NCBI GenBank assembly: GCA_040380205.1 | Contig: JBEIJM010000002.1 | Coordinates: forward strand, 2,336-66,335 | Direction: 5' to 3' | DNA from: Gemmatimonadaceae bacterium | GTDB lineage: Bacteria > Gemmatimonadota > Gemmatimonadetes > Gemmatimonadales > Gemmatimonadaceae | Length of the DNA: 64,000 bases | In this document: in pieces, positions 19,472-29,581 of the stretch | How positions within the stretch are numbered: position 1 is the first letter of the stretch | Layout of the letters: the number at the start of each line of letters is the position of its first letter | Position numbers and translations under genes: made by a program | The notes under the pieces: generated by a model | The model's input: the letters and a program-made list of their open reading frames with translations, nothing else | Databases searched by the model: none | Told to the model about the DNA's origin: nothing

Positions 19472-21421
19472 ATGATCGCCTGGCTCTCGGCGATCGGGGT
19501 GGCCGTGGCGGCCGCCCTGTTGGCGTACCCTCCGGCCCACTGGGGGACCACCGGGCGCTCCCGTTCGCGGGTGGCCGCGTTGGCCCTGCTGCGCGCCGCC
19601 GCGGTCCTCTTGGTGGCCGCCATGCTCTTCGGGGCCCCGCGCGCACCGGCGCGTCCCCTCCCGCCACTGCTGGCCGTCGACGCCTCCGCCTCCTGGCGCC
19701 GCGCCGCCCCCGCGCCCGCCACCGTCCCCGCGCAGGTGGCCGCGCTGGCCGACAGTCTGCGCCAGCGCACCGACGGCGTGAATGACGGTGCCCCCGACGT
19801 GATGTGGATCGGGGACTCCCTGCGCGCCGCACCGGACGCGCCCACCCCCCCGCTGACCGACGCGGCCTCGCGGATCCGGCCAGCCGTGGACTACGCCACC
19901 GCCACGGGACGCGCGCTGTGGCTGGTCACCGACGGCGAAGTGGACGACCCCGAGGCCTTGGCCGACGCACCGCCGGGGTCCCGCTGGGTGGTGCCGCCCC
20001 GCCCCCGGCGGGCCGACCTGGCGTTGGCCAGCGTGCGTCTCCCCATCGACGCCCGCGCCGGTGACACCATCACCGTAGACGCCGAGGTGGTGGCGGGTGA
20101 GGCCGGGGCCCCCGCCGGGATGGTCCACTGGCTGGTGGACGGCGTGGCGGCGGCGAGCGCGCCGGTGCCGGCGTCCGCGCCCTGGAGTGCGGGGCGCGTT
20201 ACCAGCCGGGTGCCGGTGCCGCGGGGTGGGGGGGCGCATCGCGTGACTGCCGCCCTCGCCGTGGCCGGAGATCTCGAGCCCCGCAATGACACGCTCGAGG
20301 CGGCCCTCTCGGTCACCGATCGCCCCGCCGTCGTCCTGGTGTCCACGGCCCCCGACCTGGATGTGCGCGAGGTCCTCCGCGTCCTGCGCGGCACCTTGCG
20401 CTTGCCGGCGGAGGGGTACTTGCGGGTGGCCCCCGGGCGCTGGCGGGTGGAAGGCTCCTTCGCGCCCATCGACGAAGCCACCGTCGCGCGGCGGGCACGC
20501 GACGCGGCGCTGCTGGTGGCCCACGGGGACACCAGCTGGAGCACTGCCGGTGGCGGCCTGTCCCGAAGTGCTGCGACGGCCCTGTGGCGCCCCGCGCCCC
20601 CGCCCGGGCTGGCGCGCGCCGGGGAACGGGGCGCCCCCGGGGAGTGGTTCGCGGAGGTGCCGTCCCCCGCGGGACGGTCCGGCGGGGCGGTGCAGGCGCT
20701 GGAGGCGGTGCTCGTGGGGCTCCCCGCCGATTCGCTCCCGCCCGTTCAGCTGCCGGCCGAGGAACCAGCCGCTGGCGCGCGTCCGGTCGCATCGAGCCCG
20801 GTGCTGGTGGCCCGGCTCGCCAAGCGCGGGGAAGCACGCCCCCTGGTGGAGGCGCGGGAACAGGACGGGCGGCGGGAGGTGCGGGTGGTGGGGTCGGGCT
20901 TTGCCGGCTGGGCGCTGCGAGGCGGACGGGCCGGTGACGCCTTCACCGCCCTGTGGGGGGGCGTGTTCGATTGGTTGGCCGAAGCGCGCGGGGATGTCCG
21001 CGCGGCCGTCCCCGCGGTGCCCTATGTGCGGGAGGGCGAGCCCATCCCGTGGCGCCGCGGGGGCGCGGATTCCGCCGTGACGGTGGTGCTGGTGCGCGAA
21101 CCCGAGGCCGGCGCAGGCGCCGCCGGGACCGACACGGTCCGCGTACCGCTGGTGTTTGCCACGGGCGCGCGCGAAGCGCTGTCGCCACCCCTGGCACCGG
21201 GACGGTGGCGCGGCGTGCTTCCGGGAGGCGCGGTGCTGGTGGTGGTGAACCCGTCGCGGGAGTGGGTGCCGCGCCCGCCGACGCTCACCTCGCGCGAGTC
21301 GTCCGGCGTGGTGCGCGCCGCCGCCCCGCGCCGGCTGGTGGACGCCGCCTGGCCCTTTGTCCTGGTGCTGCTGCTGCTCTCGGCGGAATGGATCGGCCGG
21401 CGCTTCGCCGGGTATCGCTGA
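19472..21421 (+). CDS. Membrane protein with vWA (MIDAS) and CARDB-like domains
   Basis: Two N-terminal TMs, DASAS (DxSxS) plus VTDG, DLEPRND Ig-like motif, C-terminal TM ending EWIGRR. Confidence 0.7.
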   Translation: MIAWLSAIGVAVAAALLAYPPAHWGTTGRSRSRVAALALLRAAAVLLVAAMLFGAPRAPARPLPPLLAVDASASWRRAAPAPATVPAQVAALADSLRQRTDGVNDGAPDVMWIGDSLRAAPDAPTPPLTDAASRIRPAVDYATATGRALWLVTDGEVDDPEALADAPPGSRWVVPPRPRRADLALASVRLPIDARAGDTITVDAEVVAGEAGAPAGMVHWLVDGVAAASAPVPASAPWSAGRVTSRVPVPRGGGAHRVTAALAVAGDLEPRNDTLEAALSVTDRPAVVLVSTAPDLDVREVLRVLRGTLRLPAEGYLRVAPGRWRVEGSFAPIDEATVARRARDAALLVAHGDTSWSTAGGGLSRSAATALWRPAPPPGLARAGERGAPGEWFAEVPSPAGRSGGAVQALEAVLVGLPADSLPPVQLPAEEPAAGARPVASSPVLVARLAKRGEARPLVEAREQDGRREVRVVGSGFAGWALRGGRAGDAFTALWGGVFDWLAEARGDVRAAVPAVPYVREGEPIPWRRGGADSAVTVVLVREPEAGAGAAGTDTVRVPLVFATGAREALSPPLAPGRWRGVLPGGAVLVVVNPSREWVPRPPTLTSRESSGVVRAAAPRRLVDAAWPFVLVLLLLSAEWIGRRFAGYR

Positions 21422-21497
21422 CCACCGCCTCGCCGCTGCTCCATTCCCGCGCCGCGCCCCATGCCGGGGCTGCGCGCTTCACGCTGTCCGGGGTGTC

Positions 21498-22427
21498 ATG
21501 GCTCGACTGTTCCGTCGCAAGGATGAGGTGCCGCGGCGCTCGCTCTGGGCGCGCGTCAAGGACCTCGTGCGCACCGATCTCACGGTGCTGTTCACCGGCG
21601 TGGACGAGGGATCGTTGGAAGCCCTCGAGTCCCTCCTCATCGAAGGGGATTTCGGCGTTCCCACCTCGCTGGCGCTCGTGGCGGAGGTGGAGCGCCGCGC
21701 CAAGCGCGGCGAGGTGCGCACCGAGGCGGAGTTTCGCGCCGCGCTGGCCGAGGGCATCGAGGCGGCGCTGCGGCGTGGCCACGCCGACCCGGCGCTGCGG
21801 ATGGCCGACGCCGCGCCCACCGTGCTCCTCGTCATCGGGGTGAACGGGGCGGGGAAGACCACCTTCATCGGCAAGCTGGCGGCGCGCCTGCGGGGCGAGG
21901 GGAAGCGGGTGCTGGTGGGGGCCGCGGACACCTTTCGGGCCGGCGCCATCGACCAGCTGCGGGTGTGGGCCGAGCGCAGCGGGGCCGACTTCGTCGGGGG
22001 CGCGGCGGGGGGCGATCCGGCCGCCGTGGCCTTTGATGCCGTGGAGGCGGGCGTGACCCGCGGGTGCGACGTGGTGATCGTGGACACCGCCGGTCGCCTG
22101 CACACCAGCGATGACCTCATGGCGGAGCTGCGCAAGGTCCACCGGGTCATCGGCAAGCGCCTGCCGGGGGCCCCGCACGAGGTGCTCCTCGTCCTCGATG
22201 GCACCATCGGTCAGAACGCGCTGGCACAGGCCCGCACCTTCGCGGCCGCCGTGCCGGTCACCGGCGTGGTGGTGACCAAGCTGGACGGCACCGCCAAGGG
22301 GGGCATCGTGGTGGCGGTGCACGAGGCGCTCGATGTGCCGGTGAAGTTCGTGGGGATCGGCGAGCAGGTCGGCGATCTGGAGCCCTTCGACGCCGCCCTC
22401 TTCGCCCGGGAGCTGGTGGAGGCGTGA
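21498..22427 (+). CDS. ftsY: SRP receptor FtsY (NG domain only)
   Basis: GVNGAGKTT, DTFRAGA, DTAGR, TKLDGTAKGG. Start re-called at ATG 21498. Confidence 0.97.
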   Translation: MARLFRRKDEVPRRSLWARVKDLVRTDLTVLFTGVDEGSLEALESLLIEGDFGVPTSLALVAEVERRAKRGEVRTEAEFRAALAEGIEAALRRGHADPALRMADAAPTVLLVIGVNGAGKTTFIGKLAARLRGEGKRVLVGAADTFRAGAIDQLRVWAERSGADFVGGAAGGDPAAVAFDAVEAGVTRGCDVVIVDTAGRLHTSDDLMAELRKVHRVIGKRLPGAPHEVLLVLDGTIGQNALAQARTFAAAVPVTGVVVTKLDGTAKGGIVVAVHEALDVPVKFVGIGEQVGDLEPFDAALFARELVEA

Positions 22428-24550
22428 CCGCCGCGGGGCGCGGCACCCCCGACCCGCGTCGGCGCCCCCCGGCGCGCCCGGCGCCGCGCCTCACCCTCGA
22501 CACCCCGATCACGTACCTCAAGGGCGTCGGGCCGGTGCGCGCCCAACTGCTCGCGCGCCTCGGCATCACCATGGCGGGTGACCTGCTGCGGCACGTCCCG
22601 CACCGCTACGAGGACGCCTCCACGGTCACCCCCATCAGCCATGTGGCGGTGGGGACCGATGTCACCGTCCTGGGGCGCGTCATCGCGGCCGGGGTGCTCC
22701 CCACGCGGAAGGGGCTGCGGGTGTTCCAGGTGGTGCTGCAGGACGCCACCGGCATGGTGGAAGCGGCGTGGCCCGGCCAGCCCTATCTGGAGCGCACCAT
22801 CAGCAAGGGCGACTGGCTGCTGTGCACCGGGCCCGTGCGCTTCTTCCACGGCCGGCGCCTGCAGCCGCGCGAGTTCGTCAATCTGGGACCGGAGGAGGAG
22901 GGCACCGGCGAGGGGCGCGTGCTGGCCATCTACCCGGCCACCGAGGGGCTCTCCGCGCGCGTGCTGCGCGGCATGGTGCTGCAGCACCTGGACGCACTGC
23001 TCCCCCTGGTGGAGGAGGTGCTCCCCGCCGCCGTGCTGGAGGAGGCGGGGGTGCCGCCGCTGCCGCAGGCGCTCCGCATGGTGCACCGTCCCGGCACCGT
23101 GCGCGAAGCCGAGGCGGGGCGTGCCCGTCTGGCCTTCGAGGAGCTGCTGGCGCTGCAGCTGCTGCACCGCCGGGCCAATCAGCTGGCGCGCGCCACCCGC
23201 GGCGGCACCGCCTTCGTCAACCACCGCCGGCTCACCACCCGTCTCCGTGAAGGGCTCCCCTACGAGCTCACGGGAGCGCAGCGGCGCGCCATTCGCGAGA
23301 TCGTGGCCGACATGGCCAGCCCGCGGCGGATGCACCGGCTGCTGCAGGGGGACGTCGGGGCGGGCAAGACGGTGGTGGGGCTCTTTGCCGCCCTGCTGGC
23401 CCTGGAGAACGACGCGCAGGTCGCCTTCATGGCCCCCACCGAACTGCTGGCGGAGCAGCATGCGGTGGGGATGGGCCGGCTGCTCGCGCCCCTCGGGGTC
23501 AACCCGCTGCTGGTCACCGGGCGGCTGCCGGCCGCCGAGCGCCGGGTGGCCCGCACGCGCCTCGCCTCCCACGAGCCGGTGCTGGCCGTGGGGACGCACG
23601 CGCTGCTGCAGGAGGACGTGGCGTTTGCGGCGCTGGGGCTGGTGATCATCGACGAACAGCACCGGTTTGGCGTGGAGCAGCGCGCGACGCTGGGGGCCAA
23701 GGGGGCGCACCCCGACGTGCTGCTCATGAGCGCCACCCCCATCCCGCGGTCGCTGGCGCTGACGCTGTACGGCGACCTGGATGTGACGGTGCTGGACGAA
23801 CGGCCCCCCGGGCGGCAGCCCATCACCACGGTGCACCGTCCCGAGGCCGCGCGGGCGCGGGTGTTCGAGTTCGTGCAGGGGCAGGTGGCGGCGGGGCGGC
23901 AGGGCTACGTGGTGTACCCGCTCATCGAGGCGTCGGACAAGCTGGCGCTGCGGGCGGCCACCGACATGGTGGAGGCGCTGGCCACGGGACCGCTGGCCGG
24001 CATCCGCCTGGCCTTGCTCCACGGCCGCCTCCCCGCCGAGGAGCGCGACGCCATCATGGCGCGCTTCCGCGACGGCGCCCTCGACGTCCTGGTCGCCACC
24101 ACGGTCATCGAGGTGGGGATCGACGTGCCGAATGCCTCGGTCATGGTGATCGAGCATCCGGAGCGCTTCGGGCTGTCGCAGCTGCACCAGCTGCGCGGGC
24201 GGGTGGGGCGCGGCGCGGCGCAGTCGTACTGCATCCTGCTGGGGGACACCTCCCCGGAGGCGGCCGAACGGCTGGCACTGTTCTCGGGCACCGAGGACGG
24301 CTTTGCCATTGCGCAAGCCGACCTGCAGCTGCGCGGCATGGGGGACCTGTTCGGGGCGCGCCAGCATGGGGTGCCGGCCTTCCGCGTGGCCGACCCGGTG
24401 CGTGACGAGGCGCTGCACGCCCGCGCGCAGGTCATCGCCGAGCGGATGCTGCAGGAGGATCCCACGCTGGAGGCGCCGGCCCATCGGGCGCTGCGGCAGC
24501 AGCTGACCGTGTCCCATGCGCGCGCGCTGGAGCTGTTCCGGGTGGGATGA
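22424..24550 (+). CDS. recG: ATP-dependent DNA helicase RecG
   Basis: LKGVGP, QGDVGAGKT, DEQHRFG, SATPIPR, QLHQLRGRVGRG. Confidence 0.97.
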   Translation: MTAAGRGTPDPRRRPPARPAPRLTLDTPITYLKGVGPVRAQLLARLGITMAGDLLRHVPHRYEDASTVTPISHVAVGTDVTVLGRVIAAGVLPTRKGLRVFQVVLQDATGMVEAAWPGQPYLERTISKGDWLLCTGPVRFFHGRRLQPREFVNLGPEEEGTGEGRVLAIYPATEGLSARVLRGMVLQHLDALLPLVEEVLPAAVLEEAGVPPLPQALRMVHRPGTVREAEAGRARLAFEELLALQLLHRRANQLARATRGGTAFVNHRRLTTRLREGLPYELTGAQRRAIREIVADMASPRRMHRLLQGDVGAGKTVVGLFAALLALENDAQVAFMAPTELLAEQHAVGMGRLLAPLGVNPLLVTGRLPAAERRVARTRLASHEPVLAVGTHALLQEDVAFAALGLVIIDEQHRFGVEQRATLGAKGAHPDVLLMSATPIPRSLALTLYGDLDVTVLDERPPGRQPITTVHRPEAARARVFEFVQGQVAAGRQGYVVYPLIEASDKLALRAATDMVEALATGPLAGIRLALLHGRLPAEERDAIMARFRDGALDVLVATTVIEVGIDVPNASVMVIEHPERFGLSQLHQLRGRVGRGAAQSYCILLGDTSPEAAERLALFSGTEDGFAIAQADLQLRGMGDLFGARQHGVPAFRVADPVRDEALHARAQVIAERMLQEDPTLEAPAHRALRQQLTVSHARALELFRVG

Positions 24551-24579
24551 CCGGCCCCGCCGCGGAGGCGGGGGGCTCG

Positions 24580-24608
24580 TGGACCGGTCCGCGGGGACGG
24601 TGTAGCTT
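24580..24608 (+). promoter_or_regulatory. Candidate asnS promoter
   Basis: TGGACC-N17-TAGCTT in the recG-asnS gap. Confidence 0.5.
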
Positions 24609-24658
24609 GGGAGGATGCGTTCGGACCGGATGCCGACGCCCCTCTTGCCCCCCCGTCC

Positions 24659-25960
24659 ATGAACCGCTCCACCACCCGCATCGCCGACCTCCGCCATCAC
24701 GTGGGCGCCACCGTCACCGTGCGCGCCTGGGTCACGCACCTGCGCTCCAAGGGCAAGCTGGGCTTTGCCGTGGTGCGGGACGGCACGGGGATCATGCAGG
24801 GGGTGGTGGTGAAGGCCGAGGTGTCCGAGGAGGACTGGGCGGCGTTCGGGACGTTCACGCAGGAGTGCAGCGTGGCGCTCACGGGGGAGGTCCGCGCCGA
24901 CGCGCGCGCCCCCGGCGGCTTCGAGATGGGGGTGAAGGCGCTCGCGCTCATCGGGGCCAGCCCGCTGGATTATCCCATCCAGCCCAAGGAGCACGGCGTC
25001 GACTTCCTGCTCGACCACCGGCACTTCTGGCTGCGCAGCCAGCGGCAGGGGGCCATCCTGCGCGTCCGCTCGGAGCTGGAGCTGGCGGTGCACGACTTCT
25101 TTGCCGCGCGCGACTTCGTGCGCTGCGACACTCCCATCCTCACCGCCGCCATCGGCGAGCGGGCCGGCCTGTTCGGCACCGAGTACTTCGAGGAGGGGAC
25201 CGCCTACCTGGCGCAGACCGGGCAGCTGTACGGCGAGGCGCTGGCCGCCGCGATGGGGCGCATCTACACCTTCGGCCCCACCTTCCGCGCCGAGAAGTCC
25301 AAGACGCGCCGCCACCTCACGGAGTTCTGGATGATCGAACCGGAGATGGCGTGGTACGACCAGGACGACAACATGGACCTGCAGGAGGACTTCGTCCGGT
25401 ACCTCGTGGAGCGCGTGCTGGAGCGGCGCGGGGAGGAGCTCAAGGTCCTCGAGCGGGACACGGCGCCGCTGGCGTGCGTGTCGCGCCCCTTTGCCCGCGT
25501 GGACTACACCGATGCGGTGCGGCTCGTCCAGGAGAAGGGCGGGGCGCTGCAGTGGGGCGAGGACCTCGGGGCGCCCGACGAGGCGATGATCGTGGACCAC
25601 TACCAGTGCCCGGTCTTCGTGGTCAACTACCCCAAGGAGGCGAAGGCCTTCTACATGAAGGAGAACCCCGCCGACCCGCGCACGGTCCGCTGCGCCGACC
25701 TGCTGGCCCCCGAGGGGCGTGGCGAGATCATCGGCGGGTCGCAGCGCGAGGACGATTACGAGAAGATCCTCCACCGCCTCACCGAGGAGGGGCTGCCGGT
25801 GGAGGCCTACGGCTGGTACCTGGACCTGCGCAAGTACGGCACCTTCACGCACTCGGGGTTCGGCTTGGGGCTCGAGCGCACCATCGCGTGGATCTGCGGC
25901 ATCGAGCACATCCGCGAGGTGATTCCCTTCCCGCGGATGATGGGGCGCCTCACCCCGTGA
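24659..25960 (+). CDS. asnS: Asparagine--tRNA ligase
   Basis: OB fold, FGPTFRAEKSKTRRHLTEFWMIEPE, EIIGGSQRE, YGWYLDLRKYG, GFGLGLER. Confidence 0.95.
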   Translation: MNRSTTRIADLRHHVGATVTVRAWVTHLRSKGKLGFAVVRDGTGIMQGVVVKAEVSEEDWAAFGTFTQECSVALTGEVRADARAPGGFEMGVKALALIGASPLDYPIQPKEHGVDFLLDHRHFWLRSQRQGAILRVRSELELAVHDFFAARDFVRCDTPILTAAIGERAGLFGTEYFEEGTAYLAQTGQLYGEALAAAMGRIYTFGPTFRAEKSKTRRHLTEFWMIEPEMAWYDQDDNMDLQEDFVRYLVERVLERRGEELKVLERDTAPLACVSRPFARVDYTDAVRLVQEKGGALQWGEDLGAPDEAMIVDHYQCPVFVVNYPKEAKAFYMKENPADPRTVRCADLLAPEGRGEIIGGSQREDDYEKILHRLTEEGLPVEAYGWYLDLRKYGTFTHSGFGLGLERTIAWICGIEHIREVIPFPRMMGRLTP

Positions 25961-26783
25961 CCGGGGGCGCGCCGGGCGCCGTCGTATCGCGCTCGGCCGC
26001 CTTCACGGCATCCCAGTACCGGTCCTGCGCCTCCAGGGGCAGCGCCGCCAGCGTCACCCCGTCGGCCGCCGCGAGCCGCTCCATCGCCGCATAGCGCCGC
26101 ACGAACTTCGCGTTCGACCGGTCCAGCGCCAACGCGGCGTGCACCCCGGTCTTGCGGCACAGGTTCACCACCGCAAACAGCAGGTCCCCCAGCTCCCCTT
26201 CCAAGGCGTCGCGGTCGGGGACCCCGCCGTCCGGCCCCACCAGCGCGGCCACCTCTTCCACCTCCTCGCGCACCTTGGCCAGCGGCCCCAGTGCGTCGGG
26301 CCAGTCAAACGCCACCCCCGCCGCCCGGTCCTGCAGGCGGTGCGCCCGATGCAGCGCCGGCAGCCCCGCCGGGAGCCCCTCCTCCAGCGAGCGACGCGGC
26401 GTGGCCTGCGCCTTCATCGCCTCCCACGAGCGCTTGACCCCGTCGCCGTACAGGTGCGGGTGCCGCGCGTGCATCTTCGCCACCAGCGCCCCGGCCACGT
26501 CGCGCATGCCAAACGCGCCGCGCTCCTCGGCCACCACCGCGTGGAACAGCACCTGGAGCAACAGGTCCCCCAACTCGTCGCGCAGCAGGGCGTCGTTCCC
26601 GGCGGCGATGGCCTCGTCCACCTCGTGGGCCTCCTCCACCAGGTACGGGCGCAGCGACTGGTGCGTCTGCGCGCGGTCCCAGTCGCAGCGGGCGCGGAGG
26701 TCGCGCATCAGCGCCAGCGCGTCCTCCAGCGTGCGCGGGGGGGGGGCGGTCGGGGGCGACGGGGCGGCGGTGGGGGAGTCCAT
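25950..26783 (-). CDS. mazG: Nucleoside triphosphate pyrophosphohydrolase MazG
   Basis: CDWDRAQT, EEAHEV, ELGDLLLQVLFH, RHPH, and a second domain EEVEEV..ELGDLLF. Start 26783 or 26816. Confidence 0.93.
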   Translation of the reverse strand: MDSPTAAPSPPTAPPPRTLEDALALMRDLRARCDWDRAQTHQSLRPYLVEEAHEVDEAIAAGNDALLRDELGDLLLQVLFHAVVAEERGAFGMRDVAGALVAKMHARHPHLYGDGVKRSWEAMKAQATPRRSLEEGLPAGLPALHRAHRLQDRAAGVAFDWPDALGPLAKVREEVEEVAALVGPDGGVPDRDALEGELGDLLFAVVNLCRKTGVHAALALDRSNAKFVRRYAAMERLAAADGVTLAALPLEAQDRYWDAVKAAERDTTAPGAPPVTG

Positions 26784-26832
26784 CGGGAGGGCCGGGGGCG
26801 CGGGGGGGCAGGGCATCGCTTAGCTTTGCCCC

Positions 26833-27984
26833 ATGCTTGGCGGAATATACCCCGGCGCCGATCGCGCCTGGCTCGAGGTGGACCTGGACGCGGTGCGCCA
26901 CAATGCCGCCGTCCTGCGCCGTCGCGCGGGGGCGCCGCTGGTGCCCATGGTCAAGGCCGACGGGTACGGCACCGGGGCGGTGGCGGTGGCGCGCGCCCTG
27001 GGGGCGCCGTTCGCCTCGGGGACCCACGCCCCGCCGGACGGCGAGGCGCCGTGGGCGCTGGGGATCGCCACCCTCGACGAGGCGGAGGCGCTGCGGCAGG
27101 CGGGATGCACCGCCCGCCTCCTCTGCACCTCACCGCTGCTGGGCGAGGCGCTGCCGCGCGCGGCAGCGCTTGGCGTGCGCCCGTCGCTGCACCGCGTGGA
27201 GGATGTCGTGGCCTGGACCACGATGGGGGAGGCCCCGTGGCACCTCTCCATCGACACCGGCATGTCGCGCGCCGGCGTGCGCTGGGACGCCGTGGCGTGG
27301 CTGCGCGACCTGCTGGGGGAGCGCCTCCGGGCCCATCCCCCTGAGGGGGTGTTCACGCACTTCCACTCCGCGGACGAATGGCCGGACACGCGGGTGGAGC
27401 AGGAACGCCGCTTTCGGCAGGCGCTCGCCGAGCTGGCCGGGGTGCTCCCCGCGGGGGTCCTTCGGCATGCCGCCAACAGCGCGGGCATCGCGCTGGGCGA
27501 GCACGCGCCGGGGTGGGACCTGGCGCGCCCGGGGATCGGGCTCTACGGGGCCGGCCCCGAGGCCGAACTGGGGCTGGCGCCCGTGGTGCACCTGCGGGCG
27601 CGCGTGGTCGACCTCCGCTGGGTGGAGCCCGGCGAGACGGTGAGCTATGGCGCCACCTGGACGGCGCCGGCCCGCCGGCGCATCGCCACGTTGGGGATCG
27701 GCTACGGGGACGGCTATCGGCGCCACCTGTCCGGGCGCGGCACGGTGCTGGTGCGAGGGACGCCATGTCCGGTGGCAGGGCGCGTCACCATGGACATGAC
27801 CATGGTGGACGTCACGGAGGTGCCCTGCGAGCTGGGCGACGTGGCCACGCTGCTGGGACGCGATGGCGGCCACTGCCTGACCGTGAACGCGGTGGCGGAG
27901 ACGGGGGGGCTGTCCCCCTATGAGCTGCTGGTGGGGCTGCGCCTGCGGGTGCCGGTGCGCCACCGGTCCGCGGACGGCGGCTGA
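26833..27984 (+). CDS. alr: Alanine racemase
   Basis: VKADGYG (PLP lysine), DTGMSR, HAANS, RPGIGLYG, VSYG, GYGDG, GRVTMD. Confidence 0.95.
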   Translation: MLGGIYPGADRAWLEVDLDAVRHNAAVLRRRAGAPLVPMVKADGYGTGAVAVARALGAPFASGTHAPPDGEAPWALGIATLDEAEALRQAGCTARLLCTSPLLGEALPRAAALGVRPSLHRVEDVVAWTTMGEAPWHLSIDTGMSRAGVRWDAVAWLRDLLGERLRAHPPEGVFTHFHSADEWPDTRVEQERRFRQALAELAGVLPAGVLRHAANSAGIALGEHAPGWDLARPGIGLYGAGPEAELGLAPVVHLRARVVDLRWVEPGETVSYGATWTAPARRRIATLGIGYGDGYRRHLSGRGTVLVRGTPCPVAGRVTMDMTMVDVTEVPCELGDVATLLGRDGGHCLTVNAVAETGGLSPYELLVGLRLRVPVRHRSADGG

Positions 27985-29168
27985 TGGCCGCGCGGCGGGC
28001 GATCCTGCTGGTGCTGGACGGCGTCGGGTGCGGCGAGGCGCCGGACACGGCGGCCTACGGCGATGCCGGCAGCGACACGCTGGGCAACGTGGCCCGCGCG
28101 GTGGGCGGGATATCCCTCCCCGCGCTCCAGCGCCTGGGGCTCGGCAACGCCACCCCGGTGGCCGGTGTGCCCCCCGTCGAAGCCCCGGGCGGGGCGTGGG
28201 GGGTCATGCTGCCGCGCTCGGCGGGCAAGGACTCCACCACGGGGCACTGGGAGATTGCCGGGGTGCAGCTGGCACGCCCGTTCCCCACGTATCCCCAAGG
28301 ATTCCCGGCGGACGTGCTGGCTGCCTTTGCGGAGGCCACCGGTCGTCCGGTGCTGGGCAACGTGGTGGCCAGTGGCACGGCGGTCATCGCCGAGTACGCC
28401 GAGCGGCAACGCGAGACCGGAGGGTGGATCGTGTACACCTCGGCCGACTCGGTCTTCCAGATCGCGGCGCACGAGGGCTGGATCCCCTTGGAGGAGCTGT
28501 ACCAGGCGTGCGAGGTGGCCCGGGCGCTCCTGGTGGGTCCCCACGAGGTCTCCCGGGTGATTGCCCGCCCGTTTGTCGGGGAGGCGGGGCGTTGGCAGCG
28601 CACCGCCAATCGCCGGGATCTGGCGGTGGCGCCGCCGGCCGACACCCTGCTGGATCGGCTGGAGGCCGCCGGGGTCCCTCGGGCGGGGGTGGGCAAGGTG
28701 GACGACCTGTTTGCCGGGCGGGGGATCGCCGCCCGGCACACCAGCGGCAACGCCGAGGGGATGGCGGCGCTGCTGGCGTGGAGTCAGGACGCCCCGCATG
28801 GGCTCTGCTTCGCCAACTTGGTAGATTTCGACCAGTTGTACGGGCATCGGAACGACGTGGCCGGGTTCGCCCAGGCGCTGCGCGACTTCGATCGGTTCCT
28901 TCCCACCCTGCTGGGCGCGCTGCGCGAGGACGATCTGCTGTTCATCACCGCCGACCACGGCAACGACCCGACCACCCCCTCCACGGACCACGCGCGCGAG
29001 CGCGTGCCCCTGTTGGTGGCGGGCGCGCGCGTGCGCCCGGTGGCCTTGGGGGCGCGTGACACCTTTGCCGATCTGGGGGCCACGGTGGCGGAATGGCTGG
29101 GGGCATCGTGGGCGCCACCCGGACGGTCGTTCCTCCCCGCGCTGCTCGGCTCGGCGGTGGGGGCGTGA
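27984..29168 (+). CDS. deoB: Phosphopentomutase
   Basis: [48 protein letters not shown]. Confidence 0.96.
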   Translation: MAARRAILLVLDGVGCGEAPDTAAYGDAGSDTLGNVARAVGGISLPALQRLGLGNATPVAGVPPVEAPGGAWGVMLPRSAGKDSTTGHWEIAGVQLARPFPTYPQGFPADVLAAFAEATGRPVLGNVVASGTAVIAEYAERQRETGGWIVYTSADSVFQIAAHEGWIPLEELYQACEVARALLVGPHEVSRVIARPFVGEAGRWQRTANRRDLAVAPPADTLLDRLEAAGVPRAGVGKVDDLFAGRGIAARHTSGNAEGMAALLAWSQDAPHGLCFANLVDFDQLYGHRNDVAGFAQALRDFDRFLPTLLGALREDDLLFITADHGNDPTTPSTDHARERVPLLVAGARVRPVALGARDTFADLGATVAEWLGASWAPPGRSFLPALLGSAVGA

Positions 29169-29581
29169 TGGCGGAGCTGGTGGATGCCGTGACCACGCTG
29201 CGGGCCGCCGCCGACGCTGCCCGGGCCCATGCGTGGTGCCCGTACTCGCAGTATCCGGTCGGGGCGGCGCTGGAGGCCGAGGATGGCCGGGTGTTCGCCG
29301 GCTGCAACGTGGAGAACGCCGCCTATCCGGCGGGGACCTGTGCCGAGCGCGTGGCGCTGGGCACGGCGGTCGCCGCCGGCGCCCGCCGATTCACCCGCCT
29401 GGTCATCACCTCCGCGGCCCTGCACCCCACCCCGCCCTGCGGCGTCTGCCGTCAGGCGCTGGTCGAGTTCGCCCCGGCCCTGGAGATCGTGGCCGTCACT
29501 CCCGATGGACGCGCGGCGCACTGGTCCCTCGCGCAGCTGCTTCCCAGCCCCTTCACGCCGGCCTCGCTCGCGCATGACTGA
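29168..29581 (+). CDS. cdd: Cytidine deaminase (homotetrameric type)
   Basis: [27 protein letters not shown] 29168 overlaps the deoB stop. Confidence 0.95.
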   Translation: MAELVDAVTTLRAAADAARAHAWCPYSQYPVGAALEAEDGRVFAGCNVENAAYPAGTCAERVALGTAVAAGARRFTRLVITSAALHPTPPCGVCRQALVEFAPALEIVAVTPDGRAAHWSLAQLLPSPFTPASLAHD

